A stretch of 32,000 nucleotides of DNA from Candidatus Saccharimonadota bacterium (GTDB lineage: Bacteria; Pseudomonadota; Alphaproteobacteria; Rickettsiales; Anaplasmataceae). Made by a program: the position numbers and the translations under genes. The notes beneath the pieces were generated by a model that saw nothing but the letters and a program-made list of their open reading frames with translations, was not told where the DNA came from and searched no databases. Shown in pieces: positions 1 to 9,223 of this stretch. Positions within the stretch are counted from its first letter, which is position 1. Each line of letters opens with the position of its first letter. The stretch is from NCBI GenBank assembly GCA_029715105.1, contig CP085695.1, positions 60,001-92,000 on the forward strand. Reading direction: 5' to 3'.

Positions 1-24
1 TATTATACTGCTGAATTTTGTGCA

Positions 25-486
25 ATGTTATTACAAAATGGTTCTGAAAATAAGAGTGATCATATTACAATAGAAAGATATGATAATAAGAAATATTATC
101 ATACTAAAGAAAGAATTCATGATTTAACGGGTATATGTCCTACTTGGAAAGTAAATGAAACTTTAAATAAGAAGTTCTCTAAAAATAAAAAACGCAGTAA
201 TAGTATAGATTTTCCTGTGGTAAGATGGGTATTTGGGGGGTTGGTTTTTGCTGCAGTATTTAGTGCTTTTGCTGGCAATATGTCTATTGCGTCAACTTTA
301 TCTATCGTTATAGCGATTTGTGCAGTATGTTATCCTATTTATATAAAATTAGAAAAGTTTTTTAGGAATGTAGATTTAGGAGAAAAGTCATTTCATTTGA
401 AATGTATCGAAAATTTTTCTAAAAATAGAGTAGATAGTATATTGGTGCAATCATTAAAAGATTGTGAAAAACTAGAAGTAAATTAA
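25..486 (+). CDS. Hypothetical membrane protein (orphan). The frame is open back to window position 1, so the true start may lie upstream of the window
   Basis: 153-aa ORF from the first ATG, with no stop in frame 1 between positions 1 and 24. No family recognised. Contains a single ~43-residue hydrophobic block, [43 protein letters not shown], split by a polar G-N-M-S turn. The stop TAA (484-486) overlaps the sdhA stop. Confidence 0.5.
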   Translation: MLLQNGSENKSDHITIERYDNKKYYHTKERIHDLTGICPTWKVNETLNKKFSKNKKRSNSIDFPVVRWVFGGLVFAAVFSAFAGNMSIASTLSIVIAICAVCYPIYIKLEKFFRNVDLGEKSFHLKCIENFSKNRVDSILVQSLKDCEKLEVN

Positions 487-2285
487 TAATTTCTTTTTTT
501 GGGAGCAATGAAATCAATATCATTGCTTAAAGTTTTTTCAGCAACTTTTTTGTAATCAATTTTTATATTAATTTCACCATCTCTTTCTTCAAACCATGCT
601 ATTGTGTGTTTCATCCAATTTTTATCATCGCGTTCAGGAAAATCTTCACGCGTATGTGCGCCTCTACTTTCTTTGCGGTTTGCTGCGCATTCTAAGGTAA
701 TAACTGCTTGTGGAAGCATATTGGTAAGTTCCAGTGCTTCGACTAAATCACTATTCCATATCATACTGCGATCTTTGATCGTAACATTGTGTATCATTTT
801 AGCTACCTCTTTTATAGTTTTTCTACCCTTTTCTAAAGTTTCAGCAATGCGGAATACAGATGCATATTTTTGCATAGTATTTTGCATTTTGTTGCGTATT
901 TTTGATACTTTTAGTTCTCCAGAAGAGAACCGTGTTTTGTTAAACCTATTAATTATCCAATCTGTACAGTTTGGATGTAATCTTTTATGTGGTGCGTTAG
1001 ATTTTATTTTTTCTTTTATTTTAATTGCTGCAGCTTTACCAAAAACGATTAAATCAAGAAGTGAATTAGAACCAAGTCGATTTGCACCATGTACAGAAAT
1101 GCACGCTGTTTCTCCAATTGCATACAATCCTTCTATTATTTTTTCATTACCATCTTTAATGGTAATTACTTCTCCGTGATAGTTGGTTGGAATTCCGCCC
1201 ATATTGTAATGAACAGTTGGAATAACTGGTATTGGATCTTTAGTAACATCAACGCCAGCAAAAGTTTTCGCGGTTTCTATAATTCCTGGAAGTCTTAATT
1301 TTATTATTTTTGGATCAAGGTGTGATATATTTAAGTGTATATGATCTTTTTTTGGCCCAACACCTCTACCTTCTTTAATTTCAATTGTTATTGCACGGCT
1401 TACTACATCACGAGAAGCTAAATCTTTTGCTTTTGGTGCATAATATTGCATGAATTTTTCACCATATGAATTGATCAAGTATCCACCTTCTCCGCGACAT
1501 CCTTCAGTTATCAAACATCCTGAACCATATATTCCTGTTGGATGAAATTGTACAAATTCCATATCTTCAAGTGGCAATCCAGCTCTTATTATCATTCCGT
1601 TACCATCACCAGTGCATGTATGAGCACTTGTTGCAGAGAGATAAATGCGTCCATACCCCCCTGTTGCTAGTATTACAGAGTGTGCACGAAATATATGTAA
1701 GGTACCATGACATAGTGACCAAGCAAGAACTCCGTAACATGCATCTGTTTTATTATCCATAATTAAATCAATTACAAAATATTCGATGAAAAATTTTGCA
1801 TTAAATTTAAGGCATTGTTGATATAAAGTGTGAAGAATCGCATGTCCAGTTTTGTCTGCTGCCGCACAAGTTCGTCGTGCTGATTCTCCTTCACCAAAGT
1901 GAGTAGTCATTCCACCGAAAGCGCGTTGGTATATTTTACCATTTTTTGTACGCGAAAATGGTACACCAAAATTTTCAAGCTCAATGATAGCCTTAGCTGC
2001 GTTTTTACACATATATTCTATTGCATCTTGATCCCCAAGCCAATCTGAACCTTTTATTGTATCATATGCATGCCAACGCCAATCATCTTGAGTAATATTT
2101 CCTAAGGCTGCACTAATTCCACCTTGTGCTGCAACGGTATGACTTCGAGTAGGGAAAATTTTAGAAATACAAGCAACTGAAAAATTAGTAGCTACTTCAA
2201 GTGTTGCTCTAAGTCCCGCTCCACCTGCGCCTACTACCACTATATCATATTCATGTTCTATAATTTCATATGCTGGTTTATCCAT
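483..2285 (-). CDS. sdhA: Succinate dehydrogenase flavoprotein subunit SdhA
   Basis: 600 aa. N-terminal FAD dinucleotide fold [14 protein letters not shown], covalent-FAD histidine context [27 protein letters not shown], and C-terminal RKESRGAH. Full-length, colinear match to the SdhA/FrdA family. Confidence 0.97.
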   Translation of the reverse strand: MDKPAYEIIEHEYDIVVVGAGGAGLRATLEVATNFSVACISKIFPTRSHTVAAQGGISAALGNITQDDWRWHAYDTIKGSDWLGDQDAIEYMCKNAAKAIIELENFGVPFSRTKNGKIYQRAFGGMTTHFGEGESARRTCAAADKTGHAILHTLYQQCLKFNAKFFIEYFVIDLIMDNKTDACYGVLAWSLCHGTLHIFRAHSVILATGGYGRIYLSATSAHTCTGDGNGMIIRAGLPLEDMEFVQFHPTGIYGSGCLITEGCRGEGGYLINSYGEKFMQYYAPKAKDLASRDVVSRAITIEIKEGRGVGPKKDHIHLNISHLDPKIIKLRLPGIIETAKTFAGVDVTKDPIPVIPTVHYNMGGIPTNYHGEVITIKDGNEKIIEGLYAIGETACISVHGANRLGSNSLLDLIVFGKAAAIKIKEKIKSNAPHKRLHPNCTDWIINRFNKTRFSSGELKVSKIRNKMQNTMQKYASVFRIAETLEKGRKTIKEVAKMIHNVTIKDRSMIWNSDLVEALELTNMLPQAVITLECAANRKESRGAHTREDFPERDDKNWMKHTIAWFEERDGEINIKIDYKKVAEKTLSNDIDFIAPKKRNY

Positions 2286-3181
2286 ATTATTATTTTAATA
2301 ATAGATTTAATAATATCAGAATTTATTATGTTTTCTAGAAACAATGGATTTTTATATAATTTTATAGTGTTATTTAGTTAACAATAACTAAAGTTGTTTG
2401 TAATTTTACAACTATTTTATATTTATTGTAAAATAAGGAATCTTTATCTCCAATTAAGAGAATTATTGTAATTTATGGGATATCTTATTTATCAATAAGA
2501 ATTCAAGTTCAAAAAAATGTTTATGAGAAACCTATTTTTATTTATTAAATTCTATTATAATATGAATATAATAACATAGCAATATAGTTAGATTATAAAA
2601 AGTAGTTTAATCGTTTGATTTCGCGGTTTATTTTCTTGTTAAGAGATTGAATTTTAAAATTTTGTATTATGCATGATGTATTATTTTGTATATTTTAGTA
2701 AATATTGGATGCAGTTTATATGTAAAATGTTTTATTTATTCCTTAATAGGAAGTAAAGAAAATGAATTTTATCAAAATAATTGTAAAAAATTTTATTTAC
2801 ATGTTAATTTTTTGAGATTTTATTAACTTGGTATTCTTTTAAATCTTACTTTTATTTTTGTAAATTATTTATAACAGTGCTTTTATTATATATTTTAATG
2901 ATATCACATTGTTTTGTTTAGAACGTTAAAAAAGTTTCTAAAAAGAAGAAAGGAAAATTTCTTATAATTTGTGAATTGATAGTAATGTAATTATTAATGT
3001 TTCAGTCTTAAGATGTTAAGATACGGAAAATTTTAATAAAATTAATAAATTTGTGTTATTAATATATGTTAGAAGTATAGTCTAGTTTTAGACTAGATTT
3101 TCTAGAAAATAAGTTTTAAATTTGTTAATGTCATTAGTAATCTTTGTTTTATTAGATATCAATTATAATTTAGCATAGTTG

Positions 3182-3210
3182 TTGCATTTATATTTCTAGA
3201 TGCTTAGAAT
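3182..3210 (+). promoter_or_regulatory. Candidate sigma70-type promoter for virB9 (TTGCAT-17 nt-TAGAAT)
   Basis: TTGCAT at 3182-3187, a 17-nt spacer, TAGAAT at 3205-3210, about 30 nt upstream of the GTG start at 3241. A second -10-like TATAAT lies at 3218-3223. Such hexamers arise easily in AT-rich DNA. Confidence 0.25.
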
Positions 3211-3240
3211 AACGATCTATAATATAGAAACCCGGGCATT

Positions 3241-4059
3241 GTGATTAGTTTGATATTCGTAGCGCTGTCATTTTTTTATGGTATTGAGGGATTTGCAAAG
3301 CAAGAACCGCGTTCAATAGCCGCGGGCAGTCACATAAAAGTTATTAATTATAATTCAAATGCTATACACAAGTATACTGGTTTTTATGGATATCAGTCAA
3401 GTATATTATTTGAGTCTGGTGAAGTAATACAGAATCTTTCAATGGGAGATCCAACTGGTTGGCAAATTATTCCTCAAAATAATAGATTATTTATTAAGCC
3501 TATAGATGATATTGCTGATACTAATGCAACTATAATAACTAATAAAAGAGTTTATTATTTTGAATTTCATGCTGAAGAAGCAACTGGATTAGATGATCCG
3601 AGATTAGCGTATGAAGTGAGGTTCCTTTATCCACTATTTAACAGCGATGAAATTTATACAACTAGTAATGGTGATATTTTTGAACAGGTTAATTCTAACG
3701 TTGTTCCTAATATAAGTGATATTGAATTTGTAAAGAAGGGTTTAAATTTTAATTATTCTATTTCACATGCAAAAAATAGTGAATTAATAATACCAATTAA
3801 GGTATTTGATGATGGGGTGTTTACTTATTTACAATTTAATAAGATTAACTCCGATTTTCCAGCAGTTTTCATGGTTGATTCTACTGGATATGAATCTTTA
3901 GTAAATTTTCGTACGGCTGATGATTATTTTATAATTGAAAAAGTAAGTTCGGCATTTATTCTGAGAAAGGGATCAAGTATTGTTTATTTATTCAATGAAA
4001 ACATGCCTTTTAATAATAAAAAGAGTCTCTCTAAGAAAAGTAAAAAGAAAAAAGGTTAG
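3241..4059 (+). CDS. virB9: Type IV secretion system protein VirB9 family (stand-alone paralog)
   Basis: 272 aa with a GTG start. Signal-peptide-like N-terminus MISLIFVALSFFYGIEGFA. VirB9/TrbG N-domain pattern (YTGFYGYQSSILFESGEVIQNLSMGDPTGWQI...NRLFIKP...TNATIITNKRVYYFEF). VirB9 C-domain pattern (PIKVFDDGVFTYLQF...PAVFMVD...ESLVNFR...DYFIIEKV). No other vir genes are adjacent. Confidence 0.85.
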   Translation: MISLIFVALSFFYGIEGFAKQEPRSIAAGSHIKVINYNSNAIHKYTGFYGYQSSILFESGEVIQNLSMGDPTGWQIIPQNNRLFIKPIDDIADTNATIITNKRVYYFEFHAEEATGLDDPRLAYEVRFLYPLFNSDEIYTTSNGDIFEQVNSNVVPNISDIEFVKKGLNFNYSISHAKNSELIIPIKVFDDGVFTYLQFNKINSDFPAVFMVDSTGYESLVNFRTADDYFIIEKVSSAFILRKGSSIVYLFNENMPFNNKKSLSKKSKKKKG

Positions 4060-4286
4060 AAATTATTTCTCCAATACGATTCCTATAGGGAGTTGTTGTA
4101 ATCAATATAGAGTGATTTTTTTTTATAAAGTTTTCTTATTCTATAATAAATTATAACTAAGTAAATTAGTGAAATTGTATAATTTATACTTTTGCAATTG
4201 GATATTAATTTTTAATTTATAAAATAAAACGATAATATTTATTTATTGCTTAGAATATATAAGTCCCCTATACAAAAAGTTTTGCT

Positions 4287-4937
4287 ATGATTAATTTATT
4301 AAAAAAATTAGTAATACATGATAAAAATTTTGTAATATATATATTATCTGTTTTTGTGATAATGTTAAGTTTATTTTCGTTTACACTTGGAGACAATAGC
4401 GAGCAAGAAGTTATATTAACATTAATATGGATATGTACTACGTCTGTTTTGCAAATTTCTACTAATGGTTTGTTTACTTCTGATTATTGTGATGGAATAT
4501 TGGAACAAATTTTTATACAGCCACTTTCTTCTAAATTTATAATTATTTGTAAAATTTTTGTTCATTGGTTATTGTTTGGATTTCCAATTTCAGTGATTTC
4601 CTCAATATTTAATTTTGAGATTTTTGGTAACAGTATTGAGAATTCGATAGCAATAGGATTATTTTTATTATTTAGTACGTTTGTGATAATTAATATCTCA
4701 GCTGTTGGAAATGCATTGACAGTTGGTAAAAATAATTTAGTACCAGGGGTATCACAAATTCTTATTTTGCCGATTACAGTGCCAGTTTTTATTTCCTTCA
4801 AATTATTAGTTTATTTTGAAAGTTTATTTTTAGATATTTATACATTGTTTATTGTTGTATTAATTTTTGCTATTTTACTAGTTAATAGTATTATAGCTAC
4901 TTATGTCGCACTAAAATTTGCTATAGAGTTCGATTAA
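4287..4937 (+). CDS. ccmB: Heme exporter protein B, CcmB (cytochrome c maturation ABC permease)
   Basis: 216 aa, polytopic. Colinear with E. coli CcmB by eye: DGILEQIFIQPL aligns with DGSLEQLMLLPL, and ALTVGKNNLVPGVSQILILPITVPVFI aligns with ALTVGLKRGGVLLSILVLPLTIPLLI. Confidence 0.85.
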   Translation: MINLLKKLVIHDKNFVIYILSVFVIMLSLFSFTLGDNSEQEVILTLIWICTTSVLQISTNGLFTSDYCDGILEQIFIQPLSSKFIIICKIFVHWLLFGFPISVISSIFNFEIFGNSIENSIAIGLFLLFSTFVIINISAVGNALTVGKNNLVPGVSQILILPITVPVFISFKLLVYFESLFLDIYTLFIVVLIFAILLVNSIIATYVALKFAIEFD

Positions 4938-4998
4938 ATCGAACTAATTTCTGTTGCCTTGTTATATCTGTAAATTTTTTATTTTATTTGTAATTTAT

Positions 4999-5622
4999 TT
5001 ATCCGATAAAGTTCAGGCATATCAAGTATATTTCCTTAGATGAAGATCTACTTGATTTAGGTTTGAAGTATTTTACTGTTTTGAACAAATTTTTTAATTT
5101 GTAGTAAAAATTTTTATCAAATTTTCCTTGAAAGATTTTTACTACAAATTTACCTTTATGTTTTAGTAAATTCTTTACAATATTTAATGCTGTTTCGCAT
5201 AAAAGCATGATTCTAATATGATCTAACGACTTTAATCCGCAAGATTTTGGGGACATATCAGATAGAATCACATCAAATTTTTGGTCTTTAAATTTATTTT
5301 TTAAAATTTCAAATTCATTTATATTACATTGTATATATTCGACTCCAGTGATTGTTGTATTTATTGGTTTTATATCGATAGCTATCACATTTGCTCCCTT
5401 TTGAGATGTAACTTGGGACCATCCACCTGGGGAAGCTCCTAGATCAATAACTTTTTGTCCCTTTTGAAATAATTTAAATTTATTATTTATTTCTATTAAT
5501 TTGTAAGCAGATCGGGATTTATAACCATTTCTATTAGTTTTTTTTACATATTCATCATTTATATGACGGGATAGCCATCTTGTTGAAGATAGCTTTCTAT
5601 TTTTAGATGATTTTATTTTAAT
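4999..5622 (-). CDS. rlmE: 23S rRNA (uridine-2'-O)-methyltransferase RlmE/FtsJ. The start codon is unresolved; 5622 is an in-frame ATT and is my best guess
   Basis: The track ORF (4999..5388, GTG start) covers only the C-terminal 129 aa. The same frame stays open upstream to a TAA at 5659-5661. That stretch encodes ...SSKNRKLSSTRWLSRHINDEYVKKTNRNGYKSRSAYKLIEINNKFKLFQKGQKVIDLGASPGGWSQV..., the RlmE N-terminus plus the SAM-binding loop. A start near 5622 gives about 207 aa; as I recall it, E. coli RlmE is about 209 aa. Confidence 0.8.
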   Translation of the reverse strand: MKIKSSKNRKLSSTRWLSRHINDEYVKKTNRNGYKSRSAYKLIEINNKFKLFQKGQKVIDLGASPGGWSQVTSQKGANVIAIDIKPINTTITGVEYIQCNINEFEILKNKFKDQKFDVILSDMSPKSCGLKSLDHIRIMLLCETALNIVKNLLKHKGKFVVKIFQGKFDKNFYYKLKNLFKTVKYFKPKSSRSSSKEIYLICLNFIG

Positions 5623-6032
5623 CTTTATATTGAAATACCTTGATTTAAAATCTGTTTTTTATTGTTTTTTATGTCTTATATTATACTTAATGGAGTTTTA
5701 ATATGTATAATTCTTTTCTCTATAATCCATATTTTCAATATTTACAAATTGTAGTGCATATCTATATTCTTCATTATATTACAATATTAGAAAAATATTT
5801 TATTGAATATTTTTATATTAAAACTAGCGTTTAATCGCTTTTACTAAAATACACGATAAAAAAGTTCTCCATGAAGTAGATATATTTGTGTAAAATCTAT
5901 TGCTCGCAGTGCTTCATATTATCATTTTCTATAGATTTCTCAAGTATTTTTTAAATTTTATATTTTATAATAAAAAGACGTATAAAGATGATGATTGGAT
6001 ATTTATATTTTAGGGATTTTATAAAAATAATT

Positions 6033-7301
6033 TTATTTATTGCTAGTAGTACTATTACTATTTATTGTAAAAAGTAGATTATAAACATTAATTATATAAT
6101 TACCTTTTGCTTCGATTAGATTTAAACGTGTTTTGAATAATTTTTCCTTAATATTTAAAAGCTCGATTGTGTTTTTTAAGCCTAAATTGATTTCTTGTTT
6201 AATTCTTTTTAATGACGAAATTATCGCCTTTTCAGTTTCATAGTTTGCTTTAATAACAGCTTTTGCTGTTAGAATGTTATTCCAAGAGTTTATAATTTCT
6301 TTTTCTATGTTTTTTGTTATTTGATAATAATCATAAGTGGATTTTTTTATATTAATTTTAGCTTGATTTATATCAATGGTATTTATTCCAATTTTAAGAA
6401 TTGGGATATTAAAAGTGAAAATGATATTAAAATTTCCTAATAATTTTTTTGGTAATAGTTGATTTCCTGACTGGGTATTTCCACTTTTAAGGTTTGTACT
6501 AATGTTAAGGTTTAAAGAGGGTAATAATTTGGATAACTTAGTAACCATTTCCATTTTAGCTGCTTTTTTTTGATAAATTAATGCCTTTAAAGATAAATTG
6601 TTAGTTTTTGCTAATTTTATACACTCATTTAAATTTGGAATAGAAGGTAATTTATTATTAATTTTTGGAAGTTTATTTGGAATTTCACCAATTAAGTGAA
6701 AGTAAGAAATATTTGCTAATTTTAATTTGCCTTCGGCATCAATTCTTTCTGATATTGCAGATAAAAATCTTGCTTTTGCTAATGAAACTTCAGTACTAGT
6801 AATTTCTCCAAGCGAGGAACGTTTTTTTATTGCTAACAAGTTCTCTAAAGAGACATATTCTTTATGTTTTTTTAATTTTAAAATTTCTATTTTATATAGA
6901 ACATCAACATATGTTTTTACTGCGTTGAGCGCAACTTCTTGTTTTAGTTGTTGGAATCGTATTTTTTCTATATTTAATAAATGATTTGATTTATTGAATG
7001 TAGCGAGAGTATTGCCCCAGTCTATTATTTTTTGGTTAAGAGTTATAATTTTGTTAGAATTAAAATTCTCATCAAGATTTAATTTTAAATTAATTTCAGG
7101 TAAAAAATTAGTTAAATTTGTAAGTTTAAGCTGTGTTTTGGTATTTTTATATTGATGAAATTGATATTTCAATTTTAAACTATTTTTAATGGCTTTGTTA
7201 ATTATTTCTTCCAGATTGACTGCACAACAACAACTAACACTAAGAAAGGTGATTACGAGTATAACAATTAATTGAAACATGTTTTGATGTTGAAATAGCA
7301 C
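6033..7301 (-). CDS. TolC-family outer membrane efflux/type I secretion protein
   Basis: 422 aa with signal peptide (M)FQLIVILVITFLSVSCCCA. Two OEP-type repeat openings, LNLEEIINKAIKNSLKLK and LNECIKLAKTNNLSLKAL, followed by long helical heptad-like stretches. An alternative start is Met-8 at 7280. Confidence 0.6.
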   Translation of the reverse strand: MLFQHQNMFQLIVILVITFLSVSCCCAVNLEEIINKAIKNSLKLKYQFHQYKNTKTQLKLTNLTNFLPEINLKLNLDENFNSNKIITLNQKIIDWGNTLATFNKSNHLLNIEKIRFQQLKQEVALNAVKTYVDVLYKIEILKLKKHKEYVSLENLLAIKKRSSLGEITSTEVSLAKARFLSAISERIDAEGKLKLANISYFHLIGEIPNKLPKINNKLPSIPNLNECIKLAKTNNLSLKALIYQKKAAKMEMVTKLSKLLPSLNLNISTNLKSGNTQSGNQLLPKKLLGNFNIIFTFNIPILKIGINTIDINQAKINIKKSTYDYYQITKNIEKEIINSWNNILTAKAVIKANYETEKAIISSLKRIKQEINLGLKNTIELLNIKEKLFKTRLNLIEAKGNYIINVYNLLFTINSNSTTSNK

Positions 7302-7339
7302 TCGCTAGAAATATTTTATAATATAAACATTATTAGTAA

Positions 7340-7367
7340 TTGACACTATTTAAAAATTAAGTATTAT
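7340..7367 (+). promoter_or_regulatory. Candidate sigma70 promoter for rplM-rpsI (TTGACA-16 nt-TATTAT)
   Basis: Perfect -35 TTGACA at 7340-7345, a 16-nt spacer, -10 TATTAT at 7362-7367, about 45 nt upstream of the rplM ATG (7412). Confidence 0.4.
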
Positions 7368-7411
7368 GGAGGTTTATATCGTTGTCATGTGCTATTTAGC
7401 GTTACCGCGAG

Positions 7412-7894
7412 ATGAAGACTTTCTTTTTAAAAGAAAAACAAATTAGTAAGAATTGGTTTGTCATAGATGCGGATGGGTTGATAGTTGGAAGACTTGCAGC
7501 TTTTGTTGCGGTGCTATTGCGTGGAAAACATAAGCCTGAGTATACGCCCCATATGGATTGTGGTGATAATATAGTTATTATTAATGCAGAAAAAGTGTGT
7601 TTTTCTGGAAAGAAATTTAAGGAGAAGTTTTATTATAAGCATACAGGCTACCCTGGTGGCCTAAAGAGGATTACTCCTGATGCTATTCTAAATGGTAAAT
7701 TTCCTGAACGCGTAATAAAAATGGCTGTAAAGAGAATGCTTGATGACGGTCCTATGGCGCGTAAGTGCCTTAAGAATTTATATGTTTATACTGGTTTAGA
7801 GCATAAGCATCAAGGACAGCAACCTAAAAAGATAGATTTTGCTTCTTTAAACCGTAAAAATAAGAAATTGATGAGTAAAGAATGGGAAGTGTAG
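7412..7894 (+). CDS. rplM: 50S ribosomal protein L13
   Basis: 160 aa. [48 protein letters not shown] is a typical L13 N-terminus. It is followed directly by rpsI, as in the conserved rplM-rpsI operon. Confidence 0.96.
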   Translation: MKTFFLKEKQISKNWFVIDADGLIVGRLAAFVAVLLRGKHKPEYTPHMDCGDNIVIINAEKVCFSGKKFKEKFYYKHTGYPGGLKRITPDAILNGKFPERVIKMAVKRMLDDGPMARKCLKNLYVYTGLEHKHQGQQPKKIDFASLNRKNKKLMSKEWEV

Positions 7895-8331
7895 TAGAAG
7901 ATCAGTCAGAGAGAATGAATAGGCAGCCTGTGTTTGATTCTATTGGTCGTTTATATGCTACAGGTAGAAGAAAGGAATCTACGGCAAGGGTATGGATAAA
8001 GCAAGGGAGCGGGAGATTTAGTATTAATCAAAAAGATAAATTACTAGATTATTTTAAAAGGGAGTCAGTATGTCAAACAGTAAAAATGCCGTTTATTGTG
8101 ACGTCTGTACTTAATAAGTATGATGTATTTGCTACAATAAAAGGTGGAGGATTGTCTGGTCAAGCTGGTGCTTTAGCTCATGGAATAAGTAGAGCTTTAA
8201 GCAAAATAGGTCAGGGTTTCCATTTTATATTACGTAAGAAGGGTTTTTTGACACGAGATCCACGTGTTGTTGAACGTAAAAAATATGGTCAACATAAAGC
8301 TCGTAAAAAGTGTCAATTTTCTAAAAGATAG
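7882..8331 (+). CDS. rpsI: 30S ribosomal protein S9
   Basis: Contains [33 protein letters not shown] and the C-terminal [25 protein letters not shown]. The start at 7882 overlaps rplM by 13 nt. An alternative ATG lies at 7915 (MNRQP...). Confidence 0.93.
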   Translation: MGSVVEDQSERMNRQPVFDSIGRLYATGRRKESTARVWIKQGSGRFSINQKDKLLDYFKRESVCQTVKMPFIVTSVLNKYDVFATIKGGGLSGQAGALAHGISRALSKIGQGFHFILRKKGFLTRDPRVVERKKYGQHKARKKCQFSKR

Positions 8332-8623
8332 ATTAAGATTTTTTAGTCAAAGAAAGGATTAAGTTATCTTGAGAGTGAGTAGAAAGAAACAACGATGGTG
8401 GTGTTCTTCTGTTGTATTTCAAATAGATTTACTTTGTTTAGTTGATATATTAAAACTACCGGTATTTAACACACTGTTCTATATAATTTTCTCTTTTTGT
8501 CTTTATAGGGGGAGTAGGTTTTTGACTTTAAAGTCAATCATCATTGGGGTTATCACAGGAATAATTACTAGAGCTTCCCCTTGGGGATATGTACTACAAT
8601 AATATAATTTGAAAATATAGAAA

Positions 8624-9223
8624 CTAATTAATTTTAGTTAGATATTCTCTACTTCCTGGTTTGGTTATGGGAAGCCTTTTTAATTCTTTAGGGAGTTCTT
8701 TTTCGTTGTAGTTTTCAATGTTAAGTTCAAGTAAAGATATAACAGGGAAGGGTAATTTCATTTTGATGTTTCTATTAATTAATGTAGCTTCTGCGAGAAT
8801 TTTACCCATTTTTTTTTCTGCACATTCCGCTGCTTCTAGTGAAGATTTACCGGTAGTTATTACGTCTTCAATCAATAATATTTTTTCGTCTTTTTTAATT
8901 TTAAATTCTCGACGTAATTCAAATTTTCCATTGACTCGTTCGCAAAATATTGCTCTAATTCCAAGTTGTTTACCAATTTCATAACCTACAATTATTCCAC
9001 CGATTGCAGGGGATAATATTAAATCCACAGAACTACTTAGCTCTTTTTTTATTTTGTTTGCTAACAATTGACAGATTTTTACAGCTCTGCTCGGATTTTC
9101 AAAAATTTTAGCGCATTGTATGTATGTATTACTATGAAGACCTGATGAAAGAACGAAATGTCCATTTAAAATTGCTCCAGCTTTTTTAAATTCCTCAATA
9201 ATTGAATTGTTTTTGTAGAACAT
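8624..9223 (-). CDS. pyrE: Orotate phosphoribosyltransferase PyrE
   Basis: 199 aa. GHFVLSSGLHSNTYIQC matches the OPRTase N-terminal pattern, and ILLIEDVITTGKS is the type I PRTase PRPP-binding loop. Confidence 0.88.
   Translation of the reverse strand: MFYKNNSIIEEFKKAGAILNGHFVLSSGLHSNTYIQCAKIFENPSRAVKICQLLANKIKKELSSSVDLILSPAIGGIIVGYEIGKQLGIRAIFCERVNGKFELRREFKIKKDEKILLIEDVITTGKSSLEAAECAEKKMGKILAEATLINRNIKMKLPFPVISLLELNIENYNEKELPKELKRLPITKPGSREYLTKIN

Noticed and set aside
604-1762. Track ORFs 604..1179, 1089..1298 and 1538..1762 (+), antisense to sdhA
   Set aside because: They lie entirely inside the strongly supported sdhA CDS on the opposite strand. They have Ser/Leu/Ile/Phe-rich shadow-frame composition and no recognisable motifs.
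7366-7446. 26-codon upstream ORF ([26 protein letters not shown]) overlapping the rplM start, and GGAGG at 7369-7373
   Set aside because: Its ATG overlaps the predicted -10 hexamer, so it would lie upstream of the likely transcription start. The GGAGG is 39 nt from the rplM ATG and cannot serve as its ribosome-binding site.
8369-8602. 77-aa TTG-initiated ORF between the convergent rpsI and pyrE genes, plus the palindromes TTGACTTTAAAGTCAA (8522-8537) and TCCCCTTGGGGA (8576-8587)
   Set aside because: The ORF has a rare start, odd composition (WW, Cys-rich, no motif) and no ribosome-binding site. The palindromes are short, lack U-tracts, and at this AT content one or two perfect 16-bp palindromes per 32 kb are expected by my rough estimate. 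They are possibly weak terminators and nothing more.
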